From Octopus sinensis (Eukaryota), in contig NC_043013.1 of NCBI RefSeq assembly GCF_006345805.1, positions 53,134,001-53,198,000 of the forward strand: 64,000 nucleotides of DNA. The letters run 5' to 3'. The position numbers were made by a program, and so were the translations under genes. A model generated the notes under the pieces. That model saw nothing but the letters and a program-made list of their open reading frames with translations, did no database searches and was not told the origin of the DNA. Shown piece after piece: positions 13,323-27,074 of this stretch (position 1 is its first letter; every line of letters starts with the position of its first letter).

Positions 13323-15557
13323 CTAGCATTATGACCAGTCATTGCCGGGTCATAGTGCTAGTCCATGTATATAAGTGTACATATTACATATACATCTATA
13401 TATATACATCTACACATAAAATTCAAAATACAAAGTTATATCTTGATATCGCTAGTGATAACAATATATATATAAATATATATATACTAGCATTATGACC
13501 ATTCATTGCCGGGTCATAGTGCTAGTGCATGTATATAATTGTATATATTACATATACATCTATATATATATACATCTACACATAAAATACAAAATACAAA
13601 GTTATATCTTGATATCGCTAGTGATAACAATATATATATATAAATATATATATACTAGCATTATGACCAGTCATTGCCGGGTCATAGTGCTAGTGCATGT
13701 ATATAATTGTACATATTACATATACAACTATATATATACATCTACACATAAAATACAAAACACAAAGTTATACCTTGATATCGCTAGTGATAACAATATA
13801 TATATATATATAACGGGAAGCTTTATGAAATAGACAAAAGACGAAGGCAGGTGGAAAACAAACGAACAATTGTATTAGTATGACCCGTCATTGCTGGGTC
13901 ATAGTGCTAGTGCATGTATATAAGTGTACATATTACATGCACATCTATATATATACATCTACACATAAAATACAAAATACAAAGTTATATCTTGATATCG
14001 CTAGTGATAACAATACTCAAAATATATAACAAAATGGAATTGTTAGCCCGTCTCTTGTAATTTCAATCAATTGTATCTTGTCCTCCCTCTTGTATAGAAG
14101 TGTGGCTACAATCCAGCCTACCTCTATTTTTGGGGGGCCATTTTAAATTTTTATCCGGGACGTCCTACGTCCCAGATATAAAGGTAAAAATAAAATATTT
14201 CCACTTTGCAAGGTTCGAGTCGAGTACTCCCTTGCACGCTCCGTTGACTCGAACCTTGCTTCTATTGTGGCGAATTTACCGCCTCTGGTTAGATATCTTT
14301 CTTAGTCGCACCAAGACACTTTTCGATGGTGCTTTCTTCCAGGTGTTCAAATCTTTTTTTTTTCTCTACATTGTATACTTTATAGACAATAATCTTTTCT
14401 TTAATTTAATTTTTTATTTCGTTTTGTGGTGTTATCCTAGATTCGCCGCCTTTGTCGTTGATCAATCCGAAATAGGTTTCTGTTTCTTCCATTTTAATTT
14501 TAATGAGTTCGCCGACGGCTGTAGCGGAATTCGTTTTTGAACTTTCTTCTATCGAAGGCATTTTAACAAAAATGCTTCCATATAAACGGTGAAAATATTG
14601 TCAATTTCCCCAAACAGGGACACAATTCAATTTTTAAACAATAACCATAGCTCCTTCTCCCAAAGGGGGAGGGTTACGGTTAACAATTATTTAACAAATG
14701 CAACACAATAACGTTTCCCTTTCGAGGAAACAACAAACGTGATAACAATAGTTAAACAGTAATAATAATAACAACAATCGTTACGGTGAAATAAAATCAG
14801 TACGCAGTTGAAGCTATTGTCCTTTATGTACAAGAAATAAACCAACAGCAGTACTCAGTAAAAGCGGCTGTTCGAGAAAACAGACATTACATACATCCAA
14901 ACTTCATATAGATACTAAATTCTAGCTAATTAGTAGATAATCTAATGTAAAAGCCGTGGTAAAAGGTATGTGTACAGCTCCATCTGGACTATTCCATTTC
15001 TGCACTTAAATTGGATTTTTTTATTTATTCCCATTCATGTGAAACCACTTATTCAAGTTCAAGTCATTGATGCAATTTTATACCAATTGCTATTTTTACT
15101 TTAATTGTTATGTTACATTTTAATTATTATATTATACTTTAGTTTGATTTTAATTATTACTTACTACATATAATTCAATTGTTATTATTATCTCTAATTT
15201 TTATTGTTAAAGTGAAAGTATTTGACATAAAATAGAGAGATGTTTTTGTTTCACTTTTAACACGTAATACTGAAATAGTGGAGAAGATATGATATTGTTA
15301 TGGGCTCGCCCTAGGCAAGAAGTTGAACATTTATTTTTGCCCATGAAACTACAATGACCCTAAGTAAGGCATGTGTAAAATTTGAATGAAATTGATTGCG
15401 TAGTTCTCAAGTTTTAGGGAATCGTAGTGTAGAAGATATGATATTGCTGTGGGCACGCCCTAGGCAAAAAATTTAATTGTGTAGTTCTCAAGTTTTAGGG
15501 AAACACACAGACAGACAGACAGACAGACACACATTCTCAGTTTTATATATAGAGAGA
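13323..15557 (-). mobile_element. Non-autonomous Helitron with a tandemly repeated 3' terminus
   Basis: Minus-strand 5' end A|TCTCTCTATATATAAAA at 15557 followed by (CTGT)n. The 3' end is a hairpin ACCCG..CGGGT then CTAG|T. The terminal ~145 bp occurs four times (CTAG at 13323, 13487, 13655; fourth copy from about 13879). That 14010-15270 belongs to the element is inferred. Confidence 0.7.
13811..13882 (-). mobile_element. ~70-bp terminal fragment of the PLE family at 47.9-49.1 kb
   Basis: TAACGGGAAGCTTTATGAAATAGACAAAAGACGAAGGCAGGTGGAAAACAAACGAACAATTGTATTAGTATG is nearly identical to 47905-48006 and sits next to (TA)n. Confidence 0.85.
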
Positions 15558-15959
15558 TATACGTATGTATATATATATTGAGAGAGAGAGAGGAAGAGAG
15601 TAGAGGAGGGGGAGAAAGACTGAAGTAATGGAAGAAAGAAAAGAAAATGGCGTGAAAGCAAATCGGAGATGGAAAAGTTTCCTGGTTTTGTTTCTTCTCA
15701 GTAAACACCTTCGGCCATAGACTGAAGCCTTCTGAACTGATAGATTTACATTGTTTATCTATCGATCTTCATTGTATGAGTTTCGATGATGTCTCGTTCG
15801 TATCAGCTGGAACAATTGGCATGTTGTGTTGTTCATTCTGTCCACGAGAGCTTTAACGTCTCCATGAAATGGCAACCGCAGAAGGACGGAAGCAGTTGTG
15901 ATTAAATTTATTTTATTTTACTTTTTTCTTTTGGTAAGAATCTTCTCAGAAACGCCCCT

Positions 15960-16210
15960 CGACATTCCGTTTTATGCCATCGCTAAAACAAGTTCCCACA
16001 ATTTAACATGGTTAATGGTACTCCGTCGGTTACAAAGACGAGGGTCCTATTTGATCCAATCATTGGAACTGCTTGCTAATGAAATTAAGGTGCGAGAGGA
16101 AGAGCACTCCGCCGACATCCGTACTCTTAACGTGGTTTTCAGAGGGAGTCAGACAAGGCTGGCTCCTTCTGAATTACAGGTATAACTCTTTGTTACTTGC
16201 TGAGTGTGCC
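15960..16210 (-). mobile_element. Degenerate SINE family B 3' part
   Basis: The reverse complement matches the GTACCTGTA..GCCAG..ACGTTAA.GGTAC..GGAGTGCTC stretch of 19816-20196. Confidence 0.55.
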
Positions 16211-16250
16211 GGAGCAACGAGTAACAAGATACTTTTGCATTGCTTTAGGA

Positions 16251-16595
16251 CAGGGGTTCTCAACCATTTTTTTACTTATGGGCCCCTTCGATTACTATTT
16301 TATTCTGTTGACACCTCTCCCCCCCCCCACACACACACACACTTGATATTTAAAAACTAATTTTAGAGATACTTCTGTCAAAATTCTTATTTTGTTTAAC
16401 GCACATTAAAATTTTTGAGGCAAAAAACTTAGCTGTTTCTTGCAATGCATACCAATAATTACATCTAAAGCAAAACTTTTGCAAAAGCCTTAAAAATACG
16501 ATTTTGGCCCCCTAATTTACTATTTTTCTTTGTAGACCTGCAACAATCTAATTGTGCCCTCAATGGCCATATTGATCCCTGCTTGATAACCACTG
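16251..16595. mobile_element. hAT-type MITE
   Basis: TIRs CAGGGGTTCTCAACC / GCTTGATAACCACTG (11 of 15 complementary); 8-bp TSD CTTTAGGA / CTTTACAA. Confidence 0.8.
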
Positions 16596-16653
16596 CTTTA
16601 CAATGACCTAACTTGTTCAAGAGCATATTATTAAGTTTGTTATATTTATTTGG

Positions 16654-16868
16654 CGGCGAGCTGGCAGAAACCGAAATGCGTAGCCGTATTTCGTCTGTCG
16701 TTACGTTCCGAGTTCAAATTCCGCCGAGGTTGACTTTGGCTTTCATCCTTTCGGGGTCGATAAATTAAGTACCAGTTAGGCACTGGGGTCGATGTAATCG
16801 ACTTAATCCCTTTGTCTGTCCTTGTTTGTCCCCTCTGTGTTTAGCCCCTTGTGGATAGTAAAGAAATA
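16654..16868 (+). mobile_element. SINE family A with a 13-bp TSD
   Basis: Same head, core and tail as 11004. TSD TATATTTATTTGG at 16641-16653 and 16869-16881. Confidence 0.9.
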
Positions 16869-17647
16869 TATATTTATTTGGACACCGCTGCTGCGGTGGG
16901 TGTCATTCTTCGTTGAAACACCTTTACAATCATGTCTGCCACACGTGGCTAAATACGCACACGACATTCGTTCTGTGGTGTGCAACCCGTTACTCGCCAT
17001 CCCAACCTTCTGCTGCTGCTGGTGAATTCCGCCCTATGTTTTCTCGTTTTCTTTCTTTCCTTGATGAGGTTGTTATGGTCGTTGCTTTCTTGATAATTTG
17101 ATCGTTTATATTTTTGATGATTTTCTTTTGTTTCTTTTATTTTTGTGTACATTAAACCTAAATTTACCGAAAAACATTTTTCTAAAGAACGGATTACCTG
17201 TTACTGCAGGAAGTCTTTTACTTTATTTCTATTCCTTGTGAAAGCGGCAGATATTCTTGTCGGGGGTTTCGCCCTATAATGCTTATTTTATTTTGTGATA
17301 CTCCTCTTGAGGAACACGCAAATCAGCGAGAACCAAAACAATAATGTATTTATTCATTCGTGATACGTTCTGGCAGATTCGAATGTCGATATATTGATCG
17401 CTGTTGTGCGATCATAATGATTCATTGACAGATGGCAACGTTTCAAAGTACCTTTATGTCACTGAATCGCGTGTGTTATAAACACATATCGCCAATAAGG
17501 AGGAGTTCTTTCTCCAAAGAGTGTTAAGCATATTTACGTTCGAATCTATCAGAACGAACAAAGAATGACGACATGCAATCTGTTTAGACACTGGCTGTTC
17601 TGCTGTTTTATGTGCACTGCATAAATTGGTATAAATTTGACTGACGT

Positions 17648-17820
17648 AGAAGAAGAAGAAGAAGAAGAAGAAGAAGAAGAAGAAGAAGAAGAAGAAAAGA
17701 AGAAAAGAAGAAGAAGAAGAAGAAGAAGAAAAGAAGAAAAAGAGAAGAAGAAGAAGAAGAAGAAGAAGAAGAAGAAGAAGAAGAGAAGAAGAAGAAGAAG
17801 AAGAAGAAGAAGAAGAAACT
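17648..17820. repeat. (GAA)n microsatellite
   Basis: Read directly. Confidence 0.95.
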
Positions 17821-19014
17821 TTATTAATGATAATGTTTTTGTGAGTTTGTAATTCTTTAGATGAATGAAATGTATATAAGTCGATGAGAGCGATTTATAT
17901 AAGTCGATGACAGAGCTGTACTTAGGTCAACAATTGAGCTGCATATATGCCGAAAAGAATTACTTTCAGGTGTTTTAGATTCTTTTTAATAAAAGAACAT
18001 CCGACCATGGTTCCAATTCAGGTTACAATATTAATGGTAGTGTTGAACCTGGAATGACCAAATAACTGTCACTAGAAGTCTGAAGGATAAAGTGTTTAAT
18101 AGAATTTGGAATTGAGGAATGGAGCTAATTGGATGTCAAAATTACAAACAATATGAATATAAAGATATCATGTGATAAGCTGGTGTCTACGTTGCTGACA
18201 AGACGAGATAAGAAGAATTACGAAATCAACGTTAAGACTTACAAATAAATAGAACTGGAAATATCTAAAAGTCGAGGTGAAGCTACAAAAAATCTAAAAT
18301 ATGGAGTATCATATAATTTTTATGTGTATGTGTGTGTGTGTGTGTCTGCGAGTGAGCGTGTCTGTGAGTAAATTTATAAATATATAAAACTATAAGCTTG
18401 TACGAACATATATGTATGTATATATATATATGTGTGTGTGTGTGGTGTGTGTATGTATATATGTATATATATACATACGCAAAAGATTATATGTCTATAT
18501 ACAAGCACACACACACACATATTTCACAAGCCTAAGTATACATATAAACCAAATATAAAAATTCTACGTCTTTACATATAAAATTTACATAAACATATAT
18601 TCCTATACATCCCCAAAATAAGTATATCATATATATGTATACATAATGTATGTATTTAAATATATAAATATATATTTATGTAACTATGTAGATTCATATA
18701 ATATTTATAAGTAAATACATATGTATTTATACATATTAATGTAAATAGGCGTATGTACATGTGTGTGTATGTGTACTTATGTGTGTGTGTGCAAATTTCC
18801 AAATGTCACCGAAAGAGATATTGCATAACAAATCCTAATATTCTTACGTATATTACGTTAAGAGCTAAATTTTAACAAATGACAAATCATGAGACACGAC
18901 TGAACGTATGTGCACAACCTAATCACATTTACATGTCTACATGTCTAAATAAACACAGACATAGTGAAACACTGAGCAAGAAACCGGGAATAACTAAATG
19001 ACAAGCTATCAATA

Positions 19015-19082
<68 letters not shown>

Positions 19083-19364
19083 GTACGTATGTATTTGGAT
19101 AGTATAACAAGCAATGAGTTTTCTTGTTGGTTAAGAATACTTAGCTATATTGACAGACGTGGTAACAGAAATGGCCAGACATTGATACTTATAGACAGAG
19201 AAGTAGAAGATAAAATGATAGAGCGATAAATGGATCGATAAGAACAGAAGTAAACTGGAATTAAATTAACGAACTTGTATCCTTTGTTTGAGCCTTGTAG
19301 CTAGAGAATTTGCTATTGTGGAATTATATTCTGAGATCTATGATAGTTAACATTCTGTCCTCAG

Positions 19365-19393
19365 GCTCTCTTTTGGGGTTTCTCATCAAATAG
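19365..19393 (+). other. Candidate 29-nt exon
   Basis: Acceptor CATTCTGTCCTCAG and donor GTAAGT; reads ALFWGFSSN(R) and is phase-compatible with 22060. Confidence 0.2.
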
Positions 19394-19815
19394 GTAAGTC
19401 TTGCATTTCATAAAAGCATGCTAGCACCATGCTGGAATAAGATGCATATATGCATGTGTTTGTGTCTGTTACCGTCCGCTATAAGTTCGAACCTTAGCTA
19501 GACTATTCACAGTCAGGAACAACCTAGCTAAGAGTGAAATTCAGTAGACCCTCCAATTTTGATATAATAAAAATGTCTGTTCACTTTACATAATGTATTG
19601 AGTTTTATATTGGCAAGATATATTTTAGTGTATCGATGCCTATCCTCAAAGAGAAAGGTCGTGGACGAATGAAGCTTCTGTTTTCCCAGAAGCGGAGAAG
19701 AATTAGTGACCAACAATAAAAACCTGAAAAAAATAAATAAATAGAACAAAGTCATATGTTAATGGAATCATCCAAAGACCACTCGTTGTACACTGGAGGG
19801 ATATATAATGTTAAT

Positions 19816-20196
19816 GTGGAGGCGCAATGGCCCAGTGGTTAGGACAGTGGACTCGCAGTCTTAAGATCACGGGTTCGATTCCCAGACCGGGCCTTGTGAG
19901 TGTTTATTGAGCGAAAACACCTAAAGCTCCACGTGGCTCCAGCGGGGGCGGGGAGGGTGAACCTTCTGTACTCTTTCCATACAACTTTCTCTCATCTTCC
20001 TGCTTCTGTTGTACCTGTATTTCAAAGAGGCCAGTCCTGTCACACTTTGTGTCACGCTGAATCTCCCCCGAGAATTACGTTAACGGTACATGTATCTGTG
20101 GAGTGCTCAGCCACTTGCACGTTAACTTCACGAGCAGGCTATTCCTTTGATCGGATTAACTGGAACCCTCGTCGTCGTAACCGACGGAGTGCCACG
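19816..20196 (+). mobile_element. SINE family B, full length with a 13-bp TSD
   Basis: tRNA-like head (TGGCCCAGTGGTTAG, GGTTCGATTCCC); tail CTGGAACCCTCGTCGTCGTAACCGACGGAGTGCC; TSD ATATAATGTTAAT at 19803-19815 and 20197-20209. Confidence 0.9.
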
Positions 20197-20603
20197 ATAT
20201 AATGTTAATAGTTTAATAATTTTATTTAGCTTTGATGGTGCAGAAGATGAAAGAAATGGAGAGATTGAAATAGTGATTTCCGAAAATGAGACGAACTTTT
20301 ATTAGCATGGAATTAATTTTTAAATTGGGAATTCCTGCGTTAATATAATGATAATCCTGCAAGTGTGTGTGTGTGTGTGAACGCACAGTGTAGGAATGAG
20401 TACGTCTATGTGGATGCATGTGTGCATACCCCTATACATCCACACACACAGATATATACAGATGTGAACACATATATATATATACAATTTTATATATGTA
20501 TATACGTATATACGTGTGTGTGTATATATCTGTCTGTGTGTTTGTGTGTACGCATGTGTGTATGTATGTGTGTGTGTGTATGTCTCTCTCTCTCAATATA
20601 TAT

Positions 20604-20640
<37 letters not shown>

Positions 20641-20843
20641 AACAGAGAGATACACATACACACTCACATATATTCTTTTATTCTTTGTTTCAGTCATTTG
20701 ATTACGACCATGCTGGAGCACTGCCTTTAGTCGAACGAATCGCCTTACTCTTTGTAAACTTACTGCTTATTATATCGAATTCGTTTGCCGAACCGCAATT
20801 ATCATTTGTCAAACGATGGTGGAAGGACAATCATATGCATATG

Positions 20844-20896
<53 letters not shown>

Positions 20897-20979
20897 GTGT
20901 GTGTGTATGTGCGTGCGTGTGTGTATGTGTGTGTATGTGTGCGTGTTTGTGTGTGTTGGGGGGGTTCATGTGTATATGT

Positions 20980-21009
<30 letters not shown>

Positions 21010-21010
<1 letters not shown>

Positions 21011-21300
21011 GGTGTAGGTGATTCGCTTAGTGGTTGTGGGTGATCGTTTTACGATAGTAAGTTCATGAGATTGATTCCCGGTAGTATGTTGCGTTCTTGA
21101 GCAAGACACTTTATTTTCCGTTGATCCAGTCCACCTAGCTGGCAAAAATATGTATTACAAAAGACTAGCATTGTTACTTCTCTTTCACGCCGAAAGGTAC
21201 ACGTGTTTGAAGAGTGCTCAGCCACTTTCACATTAATTCCACGAGCTGTTTCCCTGATCATAGTCACCGAAACTCTCGTCGTCGGAACAGACGGAGTGCT
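21010..21300 (+). mobile_element. Degenerate SINE family B relative
   Basis: Shares CTTGAGCAAGACACTTTATT, GAGTGCTCAGCCAC and CTCGTCGTCG..GACGGAGTGC with 19816 and 32700. Confidence 0.7.
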
Positions 21301-22059
21301 TGTTTTTTATGTATGAAGCATACCTTTTCATAATGATTCAAATTCTCCATAAACCAAAATTAAGAACCAAACCAGATTCATATAAGCGTGTGGCTGGGTG
21401 TATGTGCGTCTATGTGCATTCGTGTGAATAGGAAGTGTTTATAACTCTTGGCAAGAGCTATCACACTTCCGTTAATTTTTTTGTAGAAAGATTTTTCGTT
21501 GCATTTTGTATAAATTGTATTGTAAGTGGCAGACATCTTGTTTTGATATGTACAACCATGGAGTCTCCCTGGAATTTCGTGTTTGATGTAATGTTTATTT
21601 ATATATTTTCTTTGTTTTGCTCTACAAGTACATGGACACTGATATGCATACACACATACATGCAGACATACACAACTACAAACATGCATACATATGTATT
21701 TGTTTGTGCGTATATATATATATAATATATATATGTATATATATATATATATATACATATATATACTATGTAAAGACATGTATCTATATATATATATATA
21801 TGTATAAATGCATGTATACTTATATATATGAATATGTACAATATATATATATATATGCATACACAGACACACATTTATATATATATATATATTTATATAT
21901 ATACATGTAACCATATGTATATATATATGTGTATATGTATGTGTATATATATATAAATATATATATATATATTTATATATATACATACATATATATATAT
22001 ACACACGCACACACACACACACACACTGCTCCTTGTTTTGTTCGTATTTGTTTCCCAAG

Positions 22060-22172
22060 ATTCTTCATGTGGAACGATCTGTTGAAACAGATATTACGGT
22101 TGTGGAGGGACATTCTATGCACTGCTTGTTGTTCTCGCATTTCTATATGTGGAGGCGGAGGTGTTAATGGTG
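22060..22172 (+). other. Candidate 113-nt exon of an unidentified gene
   Basis: Pyrimidine tract TTGTTTTGTTCGTATTTGTTTCCCAAG and donor GTGAGT at 22173. Open frame FFMWNDLLKQILRLWRDILCTACCSRISICGGGGVNG ends in phase 1. No homology recognised. Confidence 0.3.
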
Positions 22173-22711
22173 GTGAGTTTACATATGTAGTAATGTGTAT
22201 GTACCCCTCTCGTTCTCCCATGAGAAACAAATATGTAGTACATAGATTTTTGAAGATCACTGTAAATCTAAATATGTGTGCTTTTGTGTTTGCTCAAGTA
22301 TTTGTATTTGTATGAGTGAGTTTGTGTATGTGTTTTTCTCTGTGGCGTTGCATGTGCCTAGACAAAGCATTGATTGGTCGGTGTATGAGTGCATACGCAT
22401 ACATACAGACACGGACATATAGCAACCAGAACACAGATGCATACAGTCACATACTTGCACTTATACATATTTGGAGAGATGGACGCAACACAACCATGGC
22501 TACCGGCACCAGTGGCATTGCCAACAGAAATATATAGAGACCAGACACACAGACAGAGAGAACAAAGACGTCACGGAGAACCGATTCCAAATTCTAGAGA
22601 AATGTAGCGAAAGATTCACAGATCAATCGACTAAGAAACGACTGACCTACAGCCAGTACGTGACTTTTGTTTGGCAGAAAGATTCGGCGAGAATACAGAG
22701 TTATGTGAAAT

Positions 22712-22742
<31 letters not shown>

Positions 22743-22789
22743 GTGTGTGAGAGTATAATATATATATACTCACACCAATATATATATGT

Positions 22790-22852
<63 letters not shown>

Positions 22853-23127
22853 ACATATATTGACATTTATACAAACATGCATATATATGTATATGTACAT
22901 ATTTATATATATACATACATACATATACATACACACACACATACATATATATATATATGTGCATACATTATATCTGCAAGTGTGTATGTGTGTATCTCTG
23001 TATATTTTGTGTGGTCACAAATGTACGTGTACGCCTGTTTATTGGAAATAAGAAAGAGTGAAAGGAAAGCAGAGAGGAGGAAGAAGGATAGAAAAATAGA
23101 GACAGAGAGGATAGAAGGGAAAAAGAA

Positions 23128-23217
<90 letters not shown>

Positions 23218-23879
23218 AAAAGGGATGTCGGTGTATCGTAAGATTAATTTGATGTTGAGAAACTGAAATATTCGGAAGTTGGCAAACTTCCGCTTAAAAC
23301 CTGGTCGAATATGTTTTTATGGACGATCTAAGCAAATCTATTCCAAATTGGATCAGATCACGTGATCTCACACGATTATGGCTGCGGCGTTATATTTGTT
23401 GAACTATACCGGTAATTCATTTGACGATGTGTTCCGCTCTGAACTTCATAAACATACCTCCTCTCACGGCGAACTAGTTTCTCATGTTTTACGAATTGTA
23501 TAGCGCTAGTTTGATTTATGTGTGAAGAAACTCAGTAATAAGCAAAGCAGGCTTTTTCTGCGACAGAAGGTCAAAGGATTATCATATATAACCAGGTCAA
23601 TCGATGAATTATAATATTGGGGCTATTTAAATAACAGCCAGGGAAATACATCGTATCAGGAGAAGGATATATTTTATGTACGATGAAATTCGATGATATT
23701 TTGTATTCATGCATACACGCATACACACACACACACATGTATACGTACACAGGCTTGTGTATACATATATATGTATATATGTATATATATGTATATATAT
23801 ATATATATATATGTAAATATATGTATATATATATATATATGTATATATATATACATATATATATATATGTATATATTAT

Positions 23880-23925
<46 letters not shown>

Positions 23926-24294
23926 TATATATATATATCTTCGTCTAAGCGTCTATACATATACATAACTGAATGTATTTATGTATATATGTACATATTT
24001 CTACACTTATGCATGTGTATATGTGTGCGTGTGCTTGCGAGGAATAGAATCAGTGACAGCAATAGGGTGAACTATAAATTATATACTCTTCACACAGTGA
24101 GAGAACTTCTGTGTGTGGACGTATATAGGTGTGTGCGTGTTTGTATGTATATGTACATGTATAAATATAAAAAATATATATATATATATGCATATATGTA
24201 TGTATGCATGCATGCATGTATGTATGTATGTATGTATGCATGTATGTATGTATACATGTATGTACGTATATATGCATGTATGTGTGCATGAATG

Positions 24295-24325
<31 letters not shown>

Positions 24326-24688
24326 ATATGTATGTATGTATGTGTGTATAGATGTAGGGATGTATGTATACTTATGAATTGAGGATATAGTCATTAAAAT
24401 GATTATATCAGTGGCTAGCGTACAAAAAAATGACCGTTTCGGTAAAATTAATTTTGAAGCATATAATTATAGAAATGTAATTATTATTAAGGGCGCTGGA
24501 ATGCCAACGCCTACACACTAGAAATATATGTCAAATACCTACAATCCACTCTAATTTTGTTCTCTATGTATGTAAGTATATATGCATGTATGTGTGCATG
24601 AATGTATGTATGTATGAATGTATGTATGTATGTATATATGTATGAATGTATGTATGTATGTACGTATGTATGTATGTATGTATGTATG

Positions 24689-24719
<31 letters not shown>

Positions 24720-24757
24720 GTATAAATATATATATGTTTGTATTTACGTATATATGT

Positions 24758-25429
24758 ATGGTCAGGATGAAGGATGCAAGGATGCCAAAACAACTCTTTT
24801 ATGGAGAGTTAGCTAAAGGAGAACGACCTCCACATAAACCAAACAAGAAGTATAAGGACTTGCTGAAGGCTTCCTTAAGAGATGCTTGCATCACTCCTGA
24901 CACATGGGAATGCATAGCTATTGATCGTAGCAGGTGGAGAAGGATTGTGCACGAGGGGATAACCGTGATGAGAAATCTCGAGTTGCACCTGAGAAAGTAA
25001 GGAGGGATTTCAGGAAGGGCATCGCTGTTACACTTCCAGATGGGAAGGGTCTTCCTATGATGCTGACATGCAGTGTCTGTGCTAGATCCTGCCTCAGTGA
25101 AGCTGGACTCATGAGTCATCTTCGTAGTCATAAAGCAAGACAGATGAGTGACAACCTGGCCACTGGTGGTGGTATAACACATCATATTAATCATATCGGT
25201 CGGGCATGTGGAATAGAGTGTAATTCGGCAGGAGGACTTAAACAACATGCAAAGGTACATGAAGCCCAGTTACAACTACAGCCGGTTATTACCAGTAATG
25301 GTTTTAGCTACCAATTCTGTACAAGACTTTGTAGATCTTTAGCTGGGCTAAAAAGTCACATTCGATCACAGCACCAGTAACAGTTAAGCTTCGTGCAATA
25401 GCCATACTCTATAACGAGGGGGCAGCCAT
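24758..25429 (+). mobile_element. 5'-truncated RTE-clade LINE 3' end with three C2H2 zinc fingers
   Basis: VRMKDARMPKQLFYGELAKG.RP..KPNKKYKD.LKASL....I..DTWE..A.DRSRWR is the RTE C-terminal signature. After a frameshift near 24970: CSVCARSCLSEAGLMSH, CGIECNSAGGLKQH, QFCTRLCRSLAGLKSH, stop at 25380. Flanked on both sides by (TATG)n. Confidence 0.88.
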
Positions 25430-25825
25430 AATATATGCATGTATGCGTGCATGAATGTATGTATGTGTATGTATGTAAGTGTATGTGTATGTATGTATGT
25501 ATGTATGTATGTATGTATGTATGTATGTATGTATGTATGCATGTATGTGTGTATGTGTGTATGTGTGTATGTATGTCTGTAATAACTCATGATCATAATA
25601 TGTAGACTTCCAATCCTGAACCGGGCGATGCATTGTATTTCTTGAGCAAAACACTTCGTTTGACGTTGCTTCGGTCTATTCAGCGCGCAAAAATGTGCAG
25701 CCCGAAGACTGGCCAGGGTCCTGTCCTAGGAAAGAGAGTATAGATGGCAGAAACCTGGCAAAGCGGCTGTACGAGTTTATATGACTTAGAAAGGAGCTTT
25801 ATCCTTTATTATCCTCCACACACAC

Positions 25826-25861
<36 letters not shown>

Positions 25862-25862
<1 letters not shown>

Positions 25863-26395
25863 CTTGTGAAGTCACCTGTATCCACTCCGTTCCGGTCTCT
25901 CGGGCTTTTTTGCATGTGGGTCCTTAAAATTCAAGCACTTGCAGTATCTGGTTCTGTATCTTGATGGCAGTGCTGGAATATTTGACAATATACTGTGATG
26001 CTCCGTTTCTGCTGTTTATATAATTTTCAATGCTAAAGTTTTGGTACAATCCTTCCAGGATTTTGCAGATGCATATCACCGGAGAAGGGTCTTAAGTTTT
26101 TGAGCTTCTTCCATTAGCTAACATGTTGCAATGGGACGATCCCTCTCATGTAGCTTCACCGGATTGCTTTCAGTTCCGCAATCGATGGAAGCAGTAATTT
26201 AAGTGGCTGGAGACAGATGTCCATCAAATGATCATCAAGATTTCTAGATCTCTCGTTCTAAAAGTTATCAGGATCCATCGGGCCAGCCGCCTGCAACTTG
26301 TTAACAACTCAGTAATATGCACCTGGAAAGGTCAAAGCTCAGGTCACGTAATAATTTTGACTCAGAGATTGCAATCCCTTCTGGAACAAAATCTA
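25862..26395 (-). mobile_element. CR1-group LINE 3' fragment
   Basis: The reverse complement aligns by eye with 56720-57330 (GTTAGCTAATGGAAGAAGCTCAAAAA, CTGGAAGGATTGTACCAAAACT). Confidence 0.75.
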
Positions 26396-26454
26396 CACAC
26401 ACACACACACACACATAGTGAGAGAGAGAAAGAGATGGATGCATGGATGAATGA

Positions 26455-26655
26455 ATAGATAGATAGACAGATAGATAGACAAATAGATAGATACATATAT
26501 AGACAGATACATAGATAGATAGATAGATTGATAGATAGATTGATACGTAGATTGATAGGGAGATAGACACACAGACAAACAGACATACAGATAGGTAGAT
26601 AGATAGATAGATACATACATACATACATACATACATACATACAACATACATATAC

Positions 26656-26732
<77 letters not shown>
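26455..26732. repeat. (GATA)n/(TACA)n microsatellite
   Basis: Read directly. Confidence 0.95.
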
Positions 26733-26733
<1 letters not shown>

Positions 26734-27074
26734 TTTCCTGTGTTTGAAAACGAAAATATATGTCGGTAACAGATAAAAATCTTTCGGAAGCGGCAGTGGG
26801 AATGCTAAATGTCCATTCCTCCATTATTAGGCTCTGATGGTAGCATGTAGCCACTGTCGATGCACGCTAAGACCAAACCTAAAAACTAAAACCATATTTA
26901 TGCAGGAAAACTGAAAAATATCTGGTGCTGCAATGTGCCTTCTGGTGGAACATTCTACCGCTGCTGCTGAAGGATTTTCGTCATTTACTGATATTTTTGA
27001 ATTTTAAACACAGTTCATCCATAAGACATATTCTTTTCTTTCTCTGGGCACAAGGCCCGACATTTTGGTGGAGG

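Noticed and set aside
13321-14010. CRISPR-like look of hairpin-containing repeats
   Set aside because: The intervening sequence is identical between units (no unique spacers), the context is eukaryotic, and a Helitron terminus explains it.
22060-22100. In-frame TGA after CGTIC as a possible selenocysteine codon
   Set aside because: The exon itself is unproven, and no SECIS or homology is visible.
23273-23368. Inverted ETS-like sites (CGGAAGTT..AACTTCCG) and palindrome AGATCACGTGATCT as a possible promoter
   Set aside because: Short motifs only, ATCACGTGAT also occurs in a repeat at about 60050, and there is no evidence of a transcription start.
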